Shown: in pieces, positions 24,934 through 37,294 of the stretch
How the letters are laid out: each line of letters starts with the position of its first letter
Position numbering within the stretch: the first letter of the stretch is position 1
Origin: Octopus sinensis
Taxonomy: Eukaryota
Direction: 5' to 3'
Assembly (NCBI RefSeq): GCF_006345805.1
Contig: NC_043018.1
Coordinates: forward strand, 9,610,001-9,674,000
DNA: 64,000 nucleotides
Program-made: the position numbers and the translations under genes
Notes under the pieces: generated by a model
What the model was told of the DNA's origin: nothing
The model's database searches: none
The model's input: the letters and a program-made list of their open reading frames with translations, nothing else

Positions 24934-26109
24934 GTGAGTAATACATCATCATCATCATTACCATCATCATCATCATTAGCTTTGTTGTCATTATCATCAT
25001 CATCATCGTCATCATCATCGTTAACATTACCAGCATCATCATTGTTGTCATCATCATCATCATCATCTTCATTGTGTTTGTTATCATTATTGCCAGTATT
25101 GTATTTCATCTGCCGCTACGTTCTGAGTTCAAATTCTGCTGAGGTCAACTTTGCCTTTCACCCTTTTGGGATTGATAAATTAAGTACCATTTGCAGACTG
25201 GGGTCAATCTAGCCGACAGGACCCCCTCCCCTCGAAATTTCAGGCATTGTGCCTATAGTAGAAAGAATTATTATCAATATCTTTGCATTGTGGTTGCATC
25301 ATCATCATCATCATCAATTTACTGCTCAATTCCATGCATGCATGGCTTTGACGTGTTCCCATGGTCTGAGTAGCTCATATTCAGTGTTACCCTTGTCTTA
25401 GATGGCTTGCAGGACCATGCCTCTCCTGTATGTTTTCATTTGGTGTGGTTTCTATTGCTGGAGTACATTTTATCCTGGCACCTGCATCAAAGAGGTTGTC
25501 ATGTCTCCAACACGACCAAAGAGCCCAGTCTATTCAATGTTGCCCTTGTTCATTCACCGGCCACTTTGCAGAATTTCCTGGGTGGATTTTACCATGGCAC
25601 CTACATCAGAGAGGTTGCTTTGTATCCAGTAGTACCAAAAAGCCTTCTTTACTGTAAGTTTTTCCCATCTGTTTAAGTTGCAATAAAGATGACTACATAT
25701 GCACACACGCATGCACACGCACACATGTGGCTGTGTGGTAAGAAGTTTGTTTTCCAACCCTGTGGTTCTTGGTTCACTCCAACTGCATTGGCACCTTGGG
25801 TGTTGTCTACTATAGTCAAAACCTTGTGAGTGGGTTTAATAGATGGAAACTGGCAGGATCTACATAGACAAACATTTCTTCGACTGTGCCTTTCTGAAGA
25901 TGTGCCTTTACACCTGAAATATAAAGGTTTTTCAACTTGCATCTCTGCATTTGTTAGGAGCTTTCCTTGGTGTTAGGAAGGACATCTAGTTGTAGAAACC
26001 CTAACCCCAATACAGACATGGAACTCAGGCAGATCATCAGCTGACCAGTTCCTGTCAAACTGTCCAACCCATGTCAGCATGAAAAGCAGACATTAAATGA
26101 TGATGATGT

Positions 26110-26492
26110 GGAGGCGCAATGGCCCAGTGGTTAGGGCAGCGGACTCGCGGTCATAGGATCGCGGTTTCGATTCCCAGACCGGGCGTTGTGAGTGTTTATT
26201 GAGCGAAAACACCTAAAAGCTCCACGAGGCTCCGGCAGGTGATGGTGGTGATCCCTGCTGTACTCTTTCACCACAACTTTCTCTCACTCTTACTTCCTGT
26301 TTCTGTTGTACCTGTATTTCAAGGGGCCGGCCTTGTCACTCTCTGTGTCATGCTGAATATCCCCGAGAACTACGTTAAGGGTGCACGTGTCTGTGGAGTG
26401 CTCAGCCACTTACACGTTAATTTCACGAGCAGGCTGTTCCGTTGATTCGGATCAACCGGAACCCTCATCGTCGTAACCGACGGAGTGCTTCC
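26110..26492 (+). mobile_element. tRNA-derived SINE, family D, full length
   Basis: A-box TGGCCCAGTGG and B-box GGTTTCGATTCC; second copy at 34863-35235 on minus. Confidence 0.85.
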
Positions 26493-26803
26493 ATCAAATG
26501 ATGATGATGATGATGATGATAATGATCACATACACACACAGATAGGAAATCAGTTTTTAAAATAATCTTTCATTGGGTGGATATGGAACTGACTAAAAAA
26601 ATATGGTAATATGTTTTTACAAGATAAGTGACAAAAAACAGTAAGTGAAAAGAGTTTAAAATTTAAATTATGCGGAAAATGTTCAAAGAGTGAAAAATAA
26701 CTCATGAAAAATTATTCAAAATCATTATCATTTTAATATGCACTTTTATTGTGTGTGTGTCATAATAATAATAATAATAATAATAATAATATAAATCTCT
26801 TAT

Positions 26804-27218
26804 AGGCGTAGGAGTGGCTGTGTGGTAAGTAGCTAGCTAACCAACTACATGGTTCCGGGTTCAGACCCACTGCGTGGCATCTTGGGCAAGTGTCTTCTGC
26901 TATAGCCCCGGGCCGACCAATGCCTTGTGAGTGGATTTGGTAGACGGAAACTGAAAGAAGCCTGTCGTATATATGTATATATATATATATATGTGTGTGT
27001 GTGTTTGTGTGTCTGTGTTTGTCCCCCTAGCATTGCATGACAACCGATGCTGGTGTGTTTACGTCCCCGTCACCTAGCGGTTCGGCAAAAGAGACCGATA
27101 GAATAAGTACTGGGCTTACAAAGAATAAGTCCCGGGGTCGATTTGCTCGACTAAAGGCGGTGCTCCAGCATGGCCACAGTCAAATGACTGAAATAAGTAA
27201 AAGAGTAAAGAGTAAAGA
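26804..27218 (+). mobile_element. SINE family A, full length, with internal TA/GT microsatellite
   Basis: tRNA-like head GGAGTGGCTGTGTGGTAAG..GGTTCAGACCC and AAGAGT tail; many further copies in the window. Confidence 0.85.
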
Positions 27219-27219
27219 G

Positions 27220-27568
27220 TATATAAATGGCAAAATGTCTGTGTGTGTGTCCTTTATACAAATCCACAATTTTTCAGTTAGAGAGCTCGCACTTTCTATG
27301 GTCATTCAAAACCATCCAAGGGTGGTCGTTCACATCTTTACATTTCTCCAGTCACCCTGCAAAGCCATTAAAAAATCAATAGAAGTGACTTTTTTGTGAA
27401 TTTTCTATCCAAAACCCAATCAAAATGCCCGAAACTTGATACGCCAATTGAATGCCAGCTAGCTGTATGTGATTGGTCAGAGATTTGGACAGTACTCACG
27501 TGTATGTGTGCACACACGCAGCTGTATATGCATGCACTAGCACTATGACCCGACGTTGCTGGGTCATA
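27220..27568 (+). mobile_element. Helitron-like family 2, end-truncated copy
   Basis: Reverse-complement homology to 1619-1982. Confidence 0.7.
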
Positions 27569-28335
27569 TATATATATATATGTATGTGTGTGTATATGTT
27601 TGTGTGTGTGTGTTTGTCGCCCCAACATCGCTTAACAACCGATGGTGGTGTGTTTACGTTCCCGTAACTTAACAGTTCAGCAAAAGTGACCGATAGAATA
27701 AGTACTAGGCTTCTAAAGAATATGTCCTGGGGTCGATTTGCTCGACTAAAGGCGGTGCTCCAGCATGGCCACAGTCAAATGACTGAAACAAGTAAACGAG
27801 TAAAGAGTAATTTTCATTAGGTCCTGACTTTTGTTGTGTAATAATAATGACATTGATTGTTCAAAGTAATTGCCTTTAATTAGTGGGTCTTTAGAATTTT
27901 GGAAAATGTTACTCGTGTTAGTCTTCATTGATTCTATCTCATTTTTGATTCCTACCCGATATGCTTTTACAAAGACAGAGTCCCCTTCCACCCACCTAAT
28001 TTTGGGTGTTTTCACACACACACACACACATGCACATATTGTAACCTGTTATTGCTATTTCAATTATGCGAACCACATTTAAAGTTTATTTTCTTTTCTG
28101 TTGATTTGTTTATTAAATGAAGAGAAATTGATAAACGCTCGGCAGGCAAATGTTTTCTCAGCTTTATAAAAATATATTTGTAAAGAATTTAAAGCCTCTG
28201 TGTGTCTGTGTGTGTGTGTTTGTATCATGTCTCTCACTTTATCTGTATATATGTATGCATGCTTGTGTACTGTCCATGTGTATCATGCCGTCTTGCTCTC
28301 TCTCCATCCCTTTCTCTCTTCTCTCATATAAAATA

Positions 28336-28850
28336 CTAGCAGTATCACCCGGCGTTGCTCGGGTTTGTAAGGGAAATAACTATATAAGCATTTTTAGAGA
28401 GTTACTTCCCTTATAGATGCCAATTTGGGCTTTCTTAGCCATTTCTGTTTTGGTGTCTTCAAGCCATGAAGTCGTTGTTCTAAAAGAACGCTGGTCTCCT
28501 TGACAACACTTTACGACGTTGATTTCCTTACACTCCCTTCCCCACAGCTTCACGAGGGAGGGAAGAAGGGGGAGAAGCAAACAGGTGCAGGTGTGACCAT
28601 GGACGCCAACTCCGCCGCCATCGACACACGATGCATTTTATGCATTAAAATGGAATAAAAAATGATGTTAAATTATTTTTAAAATCGTAGACTCATCGTT
28701 GACGCGCGCTAATAGTCAGACGGGCTCGATATGAATCACGACTATAAGATACCCGAATTTGGTTAAACTGCACCGCAAAATGTGGGAGGAGTTAGGAATC
28801 TAAATCGTAGGAGACAGACACTCACACAACTACAGTTTTATATATATAGA
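28336..28850 (-). mobile_element. Non-autonomous Helitron, family 1 (long variant)
   Basis: Same termini; about 230 bp of different internal sequence. Confidence 0.8.
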
Positions 28851-28974
28851 TATCTTCATGTATGTATGTATGTATGTGTGTGTGTGTGTATAAAGTATCT
28901 ATGCGTGCATGTATGTATACATGCATGCATGAATGCGTCTATTATGTATGTGTGGCATCTATCTATCTATCTCG

Positions 28975-29190
28975 GCGAGCTGGCAGAAACGTTAGCACGC
29001 CGGGCGAAATGCGTAGCCGTATTTCATCTGCTGTTATGTTGTGAGTTCAAATTCCGCCGAGGTCGACTTTGCCTTTCATCCTTTTGAGGTCGATAAATTA
29101 AGTACCGGTTACGCACTGGGGTCAATGTAATTGACTCTATCCCTTTGTCTGTCCTTGTTTGTCCCCTCTATGTTTAGCCCCTTGTGGGCA
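28975..29190 (+). mobile_element. SINE family B, representative copy
   Basis: GGCGAGCTGGCAGAAACGTTAGC..GAGTTCAAATTCCGCCGAGGTCGACTTTGCCTTTCATCC; further copies near 4580, 5038, 11575, 11935, 12830, 13003, 22405, 22640, 25110, 47320, 52880, 53100 and 53830. Confidence 0.85.
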
Positions 29191-30276
29191 ATAAAGAAAT
29201 ATATATATATCTATCTATCTATTTATCTGTGTCTATCTATTTATCTATTCAGCTCTCTGTATGTATTTATGTATGTCTGTTGTGTGTGTGCATGTGCGTG
29301 CACACACACACTTGCGTGTGTCCATGTGTGTGTGTCTGTGTGCATGTATGTCTATGTATTTCTAACTGCTTATCCGTGTGTCTATCTGACAATCTGTGTG
29401 TGTGTGTTTGAGCGTGTGTTTGAGCGTGTGTGTGTGTGTGTGTGTGTGTGTATTTTATGTGTCTGTCTATCTTTCTGTAGCCATGATCGTACTTGTGTGG
29501 TTCCACAATCCACTTTGCAAGGATGTTGCTTTAAGTTCAATCCCACCTTGGCTTGTTTTTCCCTGTACCAGACTCTGGTCGATTGATGCTTTTGGAGCGA
29601 AATCTGCAAGACAGAAACTATGCGAACCAATCACACACACACACAATATGCAGGTGCTTGTGTGTGCTTTGTGCAAATGTATGTGTGTGCAGTTGTTCTT
29701 TTATATCAGTGGCCATGTAGATCCACTGCAGCAAGAAACTGCCTCTGTTCTGCTCCTGGGTTGGCCAATGCCATGGGAGTGAATTTGGTAAGCAGAAACT
29801 GAAAGAAGCCCGTGTGTGTGTGTGTGTGTGTATTTGTCCACCACCATCATTTGACATCAAGTGTTTGTTTATGTCTCTGTAACTTAGCGATTTTGCAAAA
29901 GGTGACTGATAGAAGAAGTACCAGATTTTAAGAAATCATGGATACCTGGGACGATTTGGTAGATTAAAATCCTTCAGAATGGTGCCCCAGCATGGCCACA
30001 GTCTTCTGATTGAAACAAGTAAGAGAAAACAAGATAACAGAAAATGTATGTGTGGTGTGTTGTGTGTCTGTGTTTGTCACTCACCCCAGATCATCACTTG
30101 ACAACCACTGTTGGTTTGTTTATGTCCCTGTGACCTAGTAGTGCAGCTGAAGAGACCAATAAAATAAGTACCAGATTAAAAAAGTCACAAGTACTGGGGT
30201 TGATTTGTTCAGCTAAGACATTTCAACACGGTCCCTTGCCATGGCTGCAAAGAACGAGGGAAATTACTCAGAGTTG

Positions 30277-30691
30277 GGATCTTTTCAGTTTGAACGGCAG
30301 TTTTTTTCTAGCGGTGTCATATGAAATTGTCACCCATAATTATGACCCTAGTATCGATCTATTGCATTTCAATCTGTTTTAGAGTTAGGGTTAGGGGGAA
30401 GAGTATCTTTTTTTTTTTTCAGAAATGTTAATAAACCCAATCTGTTTCTTAAACGAGGGACATATTCATACGGCACAGAATGTTTTTTTACCTCAATGGA
30501 CGTCAGTGATTGGTTGAAATTGCAGAAATTGAAGAAAAAAAACAACAAATATCTTACAAACTATAGAATTTTCTCAATAAAGCCAAGAGAAAAAGATGTT
30601 TTATAAACACATTCTACCAGTATACGAAGTTTAACATTTTTTAGTTACCTAGAAATTATGCTAAAAACTGCCGTTCAAACTGAAAAGATCC
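30277..30691. mobile_element. Same Merlin-like MITE, opposite orientation
   Basis: 8-bp TSD CAGAGTTG. Confidence 0.85.
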
Positions 30692-31787
30692 CAGAGTTGC
30701 CCTCTGCACGTTATGGACAATAGTTGAGTTGTTGTCGGCATATTTATAAACTACAACAACGGTTTCCTGTTGCAATCTCTGATATCTTGGTAAGAAACAA
30801 GAATGGAATTACCAACATCTCTTCGTCACTGCTGGTTTTTATTCAACGCAAATGTGGAATTAATTAACAGAATGACTGCATCATACATCTCTCTCTCTCT
30901 CTCGCTTTCTCCCTCCTTCACAATGTCCCCCTCTCACATCATACTACTCTCTCTCTCTCCTTCACAATGTCCCCCTCTCACATCATACTACTCTCTCTCT
31001 CTCCTTCACAATGTCCCCCTCTCACATCATACTACTCTCTCTCTTTCTCTCCTTCATAATGTCCCTCTCTCTCATCACACATCTCTCTTTTCTTTTCTTA
31101 CATTGTCCCCTTTTCCCATCATACCTTTCTCTTTTCCTCTCTCACACTGCCCCTCTCTCTTTCTCTCACCATACACTTCTCTTCTTCACAATGTCCCCCC
31201 CGTCTCACCTTACTTCTCTCTTTATCTCTGTTTCTCCCTCACACCGTTCCCTTTATCATTATACTCCTCTTTCTCTCCTCCTCTCCTTCACAAAGTCTCT
31301 CTCTCTCGTCACCTCTTTTTACACTCTCCCTCACACTGTCTCCTCTTTCTCATTCACAATTTCTTCCTCTCTCTTCATTACTCTTTCTCTCTCTCTCTAC
31401 CCCCATATCCCCATCACTCTCTCTACCCCCCACAATCGCCACCCCCTCTGCCTCTCCCCTTCATACCCTACCTACCACTGCTACTCTTGTCTTATCCAAT
31501 TTAACTTTACATACCTAATTGTCTCCACATTCTAGAACTCTTCTTTCTTTCATATCAACGTTAAACATTAAAACGGAAACGTTTATGATCTGTGATAATT
31601 TCCCTACAAACACTCCAGATTTTCTGCATACAATCATTATTGCTCTTATCATTATCAGCGTCTTCGTTATCTGTGGCGTTGGCGTCATCATTGGTGGCGG
31701 ATTGGCAGATTTGTTAGGGCACCGTTAAAAAACCCCTTTGCAATGTTCCAGCTCTTTAACCCATTTTCTGTCGTGAACCCCATTTAG

Positions 31788-31834
31788 GGATCTGCTAAAA
31801 ACAGTCTCACTATCAGCTGTTCGTTATATTTAAA
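31788..31834 (+). CDS. Candidate downstream exon E (phase-2 reading LDLLKTVSLSAVRYI then stop)
   Basis: catttag acceptor and AAA|gtgagt donor. In the phase expected after exon D, a TAA lies 1 nt before the donor. Confidence 0.4.
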
Positions 31835-32227
31835 GTGAGTTGCTTATGTATATTGCATTGGCAGAGGTGTGTTTAACAATGTTTAGTAGTTAAAGCTTGT
31901 TATTATTATTAGTCGTGGCTAATTCTGGAGAATATTTCATGCCATAAATCATAGTGTTTGAACTACAAAGATATTGACTGTTTTGAAAACTTAATTTTTT
32001 TTTGTGTGTGTATTTCCTAGCTATATCATTCATTGATATTTCATACACATACACATTTGATTCTATAGTTTAAAAAAAAAACTAAATGTTTATTATTACA
32101 ATTGAATAGAAAAGGATAAATATGCATTTTTTCAGCGAGCCCCATTTGCGACTTCTCAAAAAATTTACCATAATTTCCCAAATAATTCACATATGAAGAA
32201 AATCTAAATACTATATATTATTTTAAC

Positions 32228-32624
32228 GGATCTTTTCGGTTTGAACGGCAGTTTTTTTAAATAATTTCCACGTAACTAAACACTTTTAAACTTCGTAGAA
32301 TGTGTTTATAAAACATCTTTTTGTCTTGGCTTTATTGAGAAAATTCTATAGTTTGTAAGATATATGTTGTTTTTTTTCTCTTCAATTTCTGCAATTTCAA
32401 CCAATCAATGACGTCTATTGAGGTGAAACCACTCTGTGCCGTATGAAAATGTCCCTCGTTTAAGAAACAGATTGGGTTTATTTACATTTCTGAAGAAAAA
32501 AGATACCCTTCCCCCACCCTTAAAACAGATTGAAATGCAATAGATCAATACTAGGGTCATAATTATAGGTGACAATTTCATATGACACCGCTAGAAAAAA
32601 CTGCCGTTCAAACCGAAAAGATCC
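32228..32624. mobile_element. Same Merlin-like MITE
   Basis: 8-bp TSD ATTTTAAC. Confidence 0.85.
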
Positions 32625-33346
32625 ATTTTAACTCCTAAGACACAAGGCAAAGCTAACAAATACGAATAAAGAAAAAATTGGCTTAAGTTCCAAGTTAAAA
32701 ATCTCTCTACAATCATCTTTGCCTTTCATCTCTCTGGGGGTAGATAAAATAAAATACCAGTCATGTACTGGGGGCGTATGTAATCAGCATAACACACACA
32801 CACACACACACGTATGTCAACAGACCAAGTCAGCTTAACTTTTGATGTTGATTTACTGACGAGGTCCAATAACCCTAAAACATGCATGGTCCCCCCCCCC
32901 AGGCTATATACTAAAAAAAGATTTCTTTTAAACATGTAAAATACTTTTTGTAATTACACTGCTTGGCAACCGGTGTTGGTGTGTTTACATCCCCGTAACT
33001 TAGCGGTTCAGCAAAAGAGACTGATGGAATAAGTTACAGGCTTAAAATTGAAAAAAAAAAGTACTGGGGTCGATTCATTCGACTAAAAATTCTTCAATGC
33101 GGTGCCCCAGCATGGCCACAGTCTGATGACTGAAATAAGTAAAAGGGTAGAAGATTACTTGGAAACAGATGAGGGCAGGTGATAAGAAAGATGTCCGACC
33201 GTTGAAAATCTGTTTCAACAGATTCCATCTGACCCATGCAAGCATAGAAAAGTGGACGTTAAAACGATGCTGTTGCTGATAGTGATGATGATGATTGCTT
33301 GTGTTGCGTATAACGGAATTTTACATCTTAAGTTTTGTTATGTCTT

Positions 33347-33639
33347 GGGAAAGTCATTATGCCAATATTCTTAACACACACACTGGTTCAAATCCACTCC
33401 TTTGTTATTAGCGAATTGGTTAAATATCGAACTGGCTAATCGATTGTTTGTTTAATTTGGTTAAACAGTCAGTCGTTTGAACAAACGAAAACAAAAACAG
33501 ACAACTTGGTTAAACAAACAACTCTTGAACCAAGTTAAACAATCAATTAGTTAGTTGGATATTTAACCAGTTGACTAATAATAAAGAAGTGGAATTGAAC
33601 CAGTGTGTGTGTTAAGAATATTGGCATACTGACTCTCCC
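33347..33639. mobile_element. Foldback MITE with inverted arms of about 100 bp
   Basis: GGGAAAGTCATTATGCCAATATTCTTAACACACACACTGGTTCAA mirrored at 33595-33639. Confidence 0.75.
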
Positions 33640-34260
33640 TAGCCACAATAAAATTTGTTTTAACACACGAATTCTCATAAAGAATCTTGCAAGCCAGATA
33701 CAAAAACGAAACAACTTACGTTATTTTGTCTAAATTCGTGTCATTTGCTAACAGGAGTTACTTCCCTTCATTTCTTTTTTTTTTTTTTCTGTTAATTCTG
33801 AAAGACATGTTTTTGTTGTTGGAGAATCCCAAACTACCCCCTCCTACCGTTGTCTTTACTTTTCTTCCACCCTGTAATATAATATAACTTCATAAACATA
33901 AGACTTTACCAAGAACAAAACAACAGGAAGATTATTGGGAATGTCACTGTATCGTTCTTTCAGAAACATGAAGACTTAAATCTGGTGGCCATATTGGTTT
34001 TGTCGTCGTCGTTGTTGTTATTGTTGTTCTTCTTATTACCATCATTGTTATCCCATTGTCTTGTTATTGTATTGTTTTCTGAAAAGCCAAATGTGCTGTA
34101 GGAGGACGGTGCCAGCCGGCTGAGCGCCGGTGGGGTGGATTAGTCAGTCAGTTCACCAATCCTGACTGACATTTAGACTGTATAAATTCCAGTATTGTTG
34201 ATAAGCCTTAGAGACAAGTTTGAGCTCACAGCTGGTTATAGCCAGATATGTATGTTTGTT

Positions 34261-34300
<40 letters not shown>

Positions 34301-34862
34301 AATATGTGTATGTGTGTGCACATACAAGCATAAATATATAGATAGATAAAAGTCACACAAATTGAAAGAAGATAATAAGACAAAGAGGAGTAAAACTAAA
34401 GAAGGAGAAGCACATGAAGTTAGACAAGCAAAAGCTGTGGCTAAAAGAGTTTTGAAATATGAAATGAAGCAACAATAGAAAAATGTGTACAATGGAAAAA
34501 AATATGGGATTGAAAGAACCAGAAGAGCTTTGGGTTATAATTTTTATGCAAGAGAAGTGTAAGCAGTAAGAGAGGTAAAAGAAAAAGAGAAATGATTTTG
34601 AATTTACTATTCTAATTTATATGACAGGTGTGGTGTGTGTTTGTGTTTGTGTGTGTGTGGAGGTACATGACCTAGTATTTAGAGCGTTGGACTCATGATC
34701 GCGAGATCAAGGGTTCGATTTCTGGATAGGGTAGTGCATTGAGTTCTTGAGCAAGACACATCATCTCGTGATGCTCTGGTGTGTGGGGAACCATATATAT
34801 ATATATATATATATATATGCGTGTGTGTATATATATATGTGTGTGTGTATATTTCTTTGTGT

Positions 34863-35235
34863 CACTCCGTCGGCTACGACGACGAGGGTTCCAGTTGATC
34901 CGATCAACGGAACAGCCTATTCGTGAAATTAACGTGCAAGTGGCTGAGCACTCCACAGACACGTGTACCCTTAACGTAGTTCTTGGGGAGATTCAGCGTG
35001 ACATACAGTGTGACAAGGCTGGCTCTTTGAAATGCAGGTACAAGAGAAACAGGAAGAAGGAGTGAAAGTTGTGGTGAAAGAATACGGCAGGGTTCGCCAC
35101 CCTCAGCCCCCCTGCCAGAACATCGTGGAGCTTTAAGTGTTTTCGCTCTATAAACACAACACCCGGTCTGGGAATCGAAACCGCGATCCTACGATCGCGA
35201 GCCCGCTGCCCTAACCACTGGGCCATTGCACCTCC
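34863..35235 (-). mobile_element. tRNA-derived SINE, family D
   Basis: Reverse complement of 26110-26492. Confidence 0.85.
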
Positions 35236-35329
35236 ACACACACACATACACATACATATATAGATCACAGCAACTAGTGTTCCTATAAATATGAATAAAA
35301 ACCCAGGTTGAGTGAGTGTAAATGGTAAA

Positions 35330-35664
35330 ATCAAGTTTTCAGATTACATCTGTGGAGTGTTAACTTGGGATTCCCAAACAACAACGTAACCTTCACATAA
35401 TTGAGGTATCTTTGACGTGATGAGTAGCTAGTGGAGTACCCCTCATTGAGTAATTATTACAACAGAGGATCAGCTAGCTAGGAAACCCATGTAGCCTGGA
35501 TTATACCTGTTCCACATCATATAAACTGGAGGTTTTGAAGCAGTTGTCCATAGATATTCTCTGTTTCTCTGATTTTCAAAGAGCTATTTATATCTGTAGG
35601 GCAGCTAACCTCTATGATGGTACATACCTCTGCTCCTCTGTCCCAAACATCAATATCCGGCCTG
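35330..35664 (-). mobile_element. 3' fragment of a non-LTR retrotransposon with restriction-like endonuclease
   Basis: RPDIDVWDRGAEVCTIIEVSCPTDINSSLKIRETENIYGQLLQNLQ, a PD..E-type RLE motif. Confidence 0.6.
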
Positions 35665-36025
35665 TCTATCCAGGGCTTAACAATTATTTCCAGGACCTCA
35701 ATGTAGGCAGCAAAGTTAACTCTAAGGCCTTCTGGAAAGAAGTAAGGAGGCATCACATCCTCCATTGCTGAAAACCCGTAAAACCATGACAGTTGCAGGA
35801 AATTTTGTATGCATTGCACTTGGAACTTCAGAAGGGTCTGCACATAACCATCTGTCATTTCTTCTGTTAACTTTTTGATCTTGGTCGAAGTTTTTCTTGT
35901 TTGAGAAAAACCAAACCAAATCTTCTTCTGCTGGATTTCTGTTTGCTTAAGCGTCTTTTAGATCTGATTTCTTTTGCTTTTTCTGACAAATTGACCTTTC
36001 CTCATCATATAGGAATTACATCTGA

Positions 36026-36419
36026 CTACCAGTATCGCCCGGCGTTGCTCGGGTTTGTAAGGGAAATAACTATATAAGCATTTTTAGAGATGTAAAGTAT
36101 AATAGCCATCTCAATATGGCTAACCACAAAGGTGGGTGTTACTGTAGCTTTTTACGTTCTGAGATTTGATAATACATTTTTAGAGAGTTACTTCCCTTAT
36201 ATAATAGCAAAAAATGCATTAAAAATGGGAAAATATAATGGTAAATTTTTTTTTAAATCGTAGACTCATCGTAGACGCGCACTAATACCCAGAAGGGCTC
36301 GATATGAATCACGACTATAAGATACCCGCTTCTGGTTACACTGCACCGCAAAATGTGTGAGTAGTTAGGAATCTAAATCGTAGGAGACAGACACACAACT
36401 TTACTTTTATATATAAAGA
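36026..36419 (-). mobile_element. Non-autonomous Helitron, family 1, inserted in the maT transposase
   Basis: Homologous to 8534-8930; terminal CTAG carries one substitution. Confidence 0.85.
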
Positions 36420-36719
36420 TGTCTTCGTAGACAACATTTCTGACTGTTCCTTCTGACACATGGAGATCTTTTGCTATTGACTCCTTGGACATTCTGGGAT
36501 TGTAATCAATGGCCTGTTGAACTTGCTGGATAAATTCAGATGTTCTGGTGATTTCAGAGCGTTTAGAATGCTTTTTATGCTTTGATACTGGTGATACGTT
36601 TCTATCTTCAACCTCTAGCTCCTTGCAAACTTTGTAGGTGAAAGATCTGGCAACTTTTAAAACTCGAGATATTTCTAAATCGTTATCCTTAGCCTTTATA
36701 ACCACAATAACGGCATGCC

Positions 36720-37138
36720 GGATCTTTACCTTTTGACCCACAGATCTAAAAAATAATTTTTTGTAACTTTCAAACTCCGGACTAACAAAACACTTTCAAA
36801 CTTCGGGCACTGGTAGAATGTGTTTGTACTGGTTTTAAGGTTTTTAGGGTTAGGGTTGTCAAAAATAACAGTAACAAACGAAAAATACACCGCCGGAAGT
36901 TCTTGTTGACAAACAACGGCAGTAATTTTATTCAGCTGAATACACGTCATTGATTGGTTGAAATTAACGAAATACGACAACTTTAACGTGAAATTACTTC
37001 GTAAATATAAATTTTTCTCAAAAATGCTAAGAGTAAAAGATGCTTTATACGACACATTCTACCCGTGTCCTAAGTTTGAAAGTATTTAGTTACAAAAAAA
37101 TGTTTTTTTTTAATCTGTAGGTCAAAAGGTAAAGATCC
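36720..37138. mobile_element. Related MITE (GGATCTTTACC TIRs) inserted in the maT 5' coding region
   Basis: 9-bp TSD CGGCATGCC/CAGCATGCC; the transposase reading resumes across it. Confidence 0.8.
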
Positions 37139-37294
37139 CAGCATGCCTCTTCATTTCTTGAGTAAGCTGAGGGTCTGCCGTTATTATTTTCTGAAACAAA
37201 GATTTTACAGAATTAGCAAAAAATGCAGCAATGACTCCAAAAAGGCATGTCCTCAAATACCTTACGCATATATATATATATATAGTCTTTCTGG

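Larger units (their letters stand above)
35665..37270 (-). mobile_element. maT (DD37D-like) transposase remnant split by a Helitron and a MITE
   Basis: Pieces ADPQLTQEMKRHA / VIVVIKAKDNDLEISRVLKVARSF..SIAKDLHVSEGTVRNVV / WFFSNKKNFDQDQKVNRRNDRW..HTKFPATVMVL / DVMPPYFFPEGLRVN..VKPWID. Confidence 0.75.

Noticed and set aside
26110-26185. tRNA gene
   Set aside because: The tRNA-like head continues into a repeated SINE body that also occurs at 34863-35235.
27887-27908. 22-nt exon candidate between exons D and E
   Set aside because: Weak donor (gttagt) and the resulting peptide is not convincing.
32850-32895. CTGACGAG..AAAACATGCATGG hammerhead-like string
   Set aside because: Stems do not pair and G12 and the cleavage triplet are absent.
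34340-34480. K/E-rich open frame SHKLKEDNK..YEMKQQ as a terminal exon
   Set aside because: No pyrimidine-tract acceptor and an upstream in-frame stop; could be purine-rich noise or a LINE remnant.
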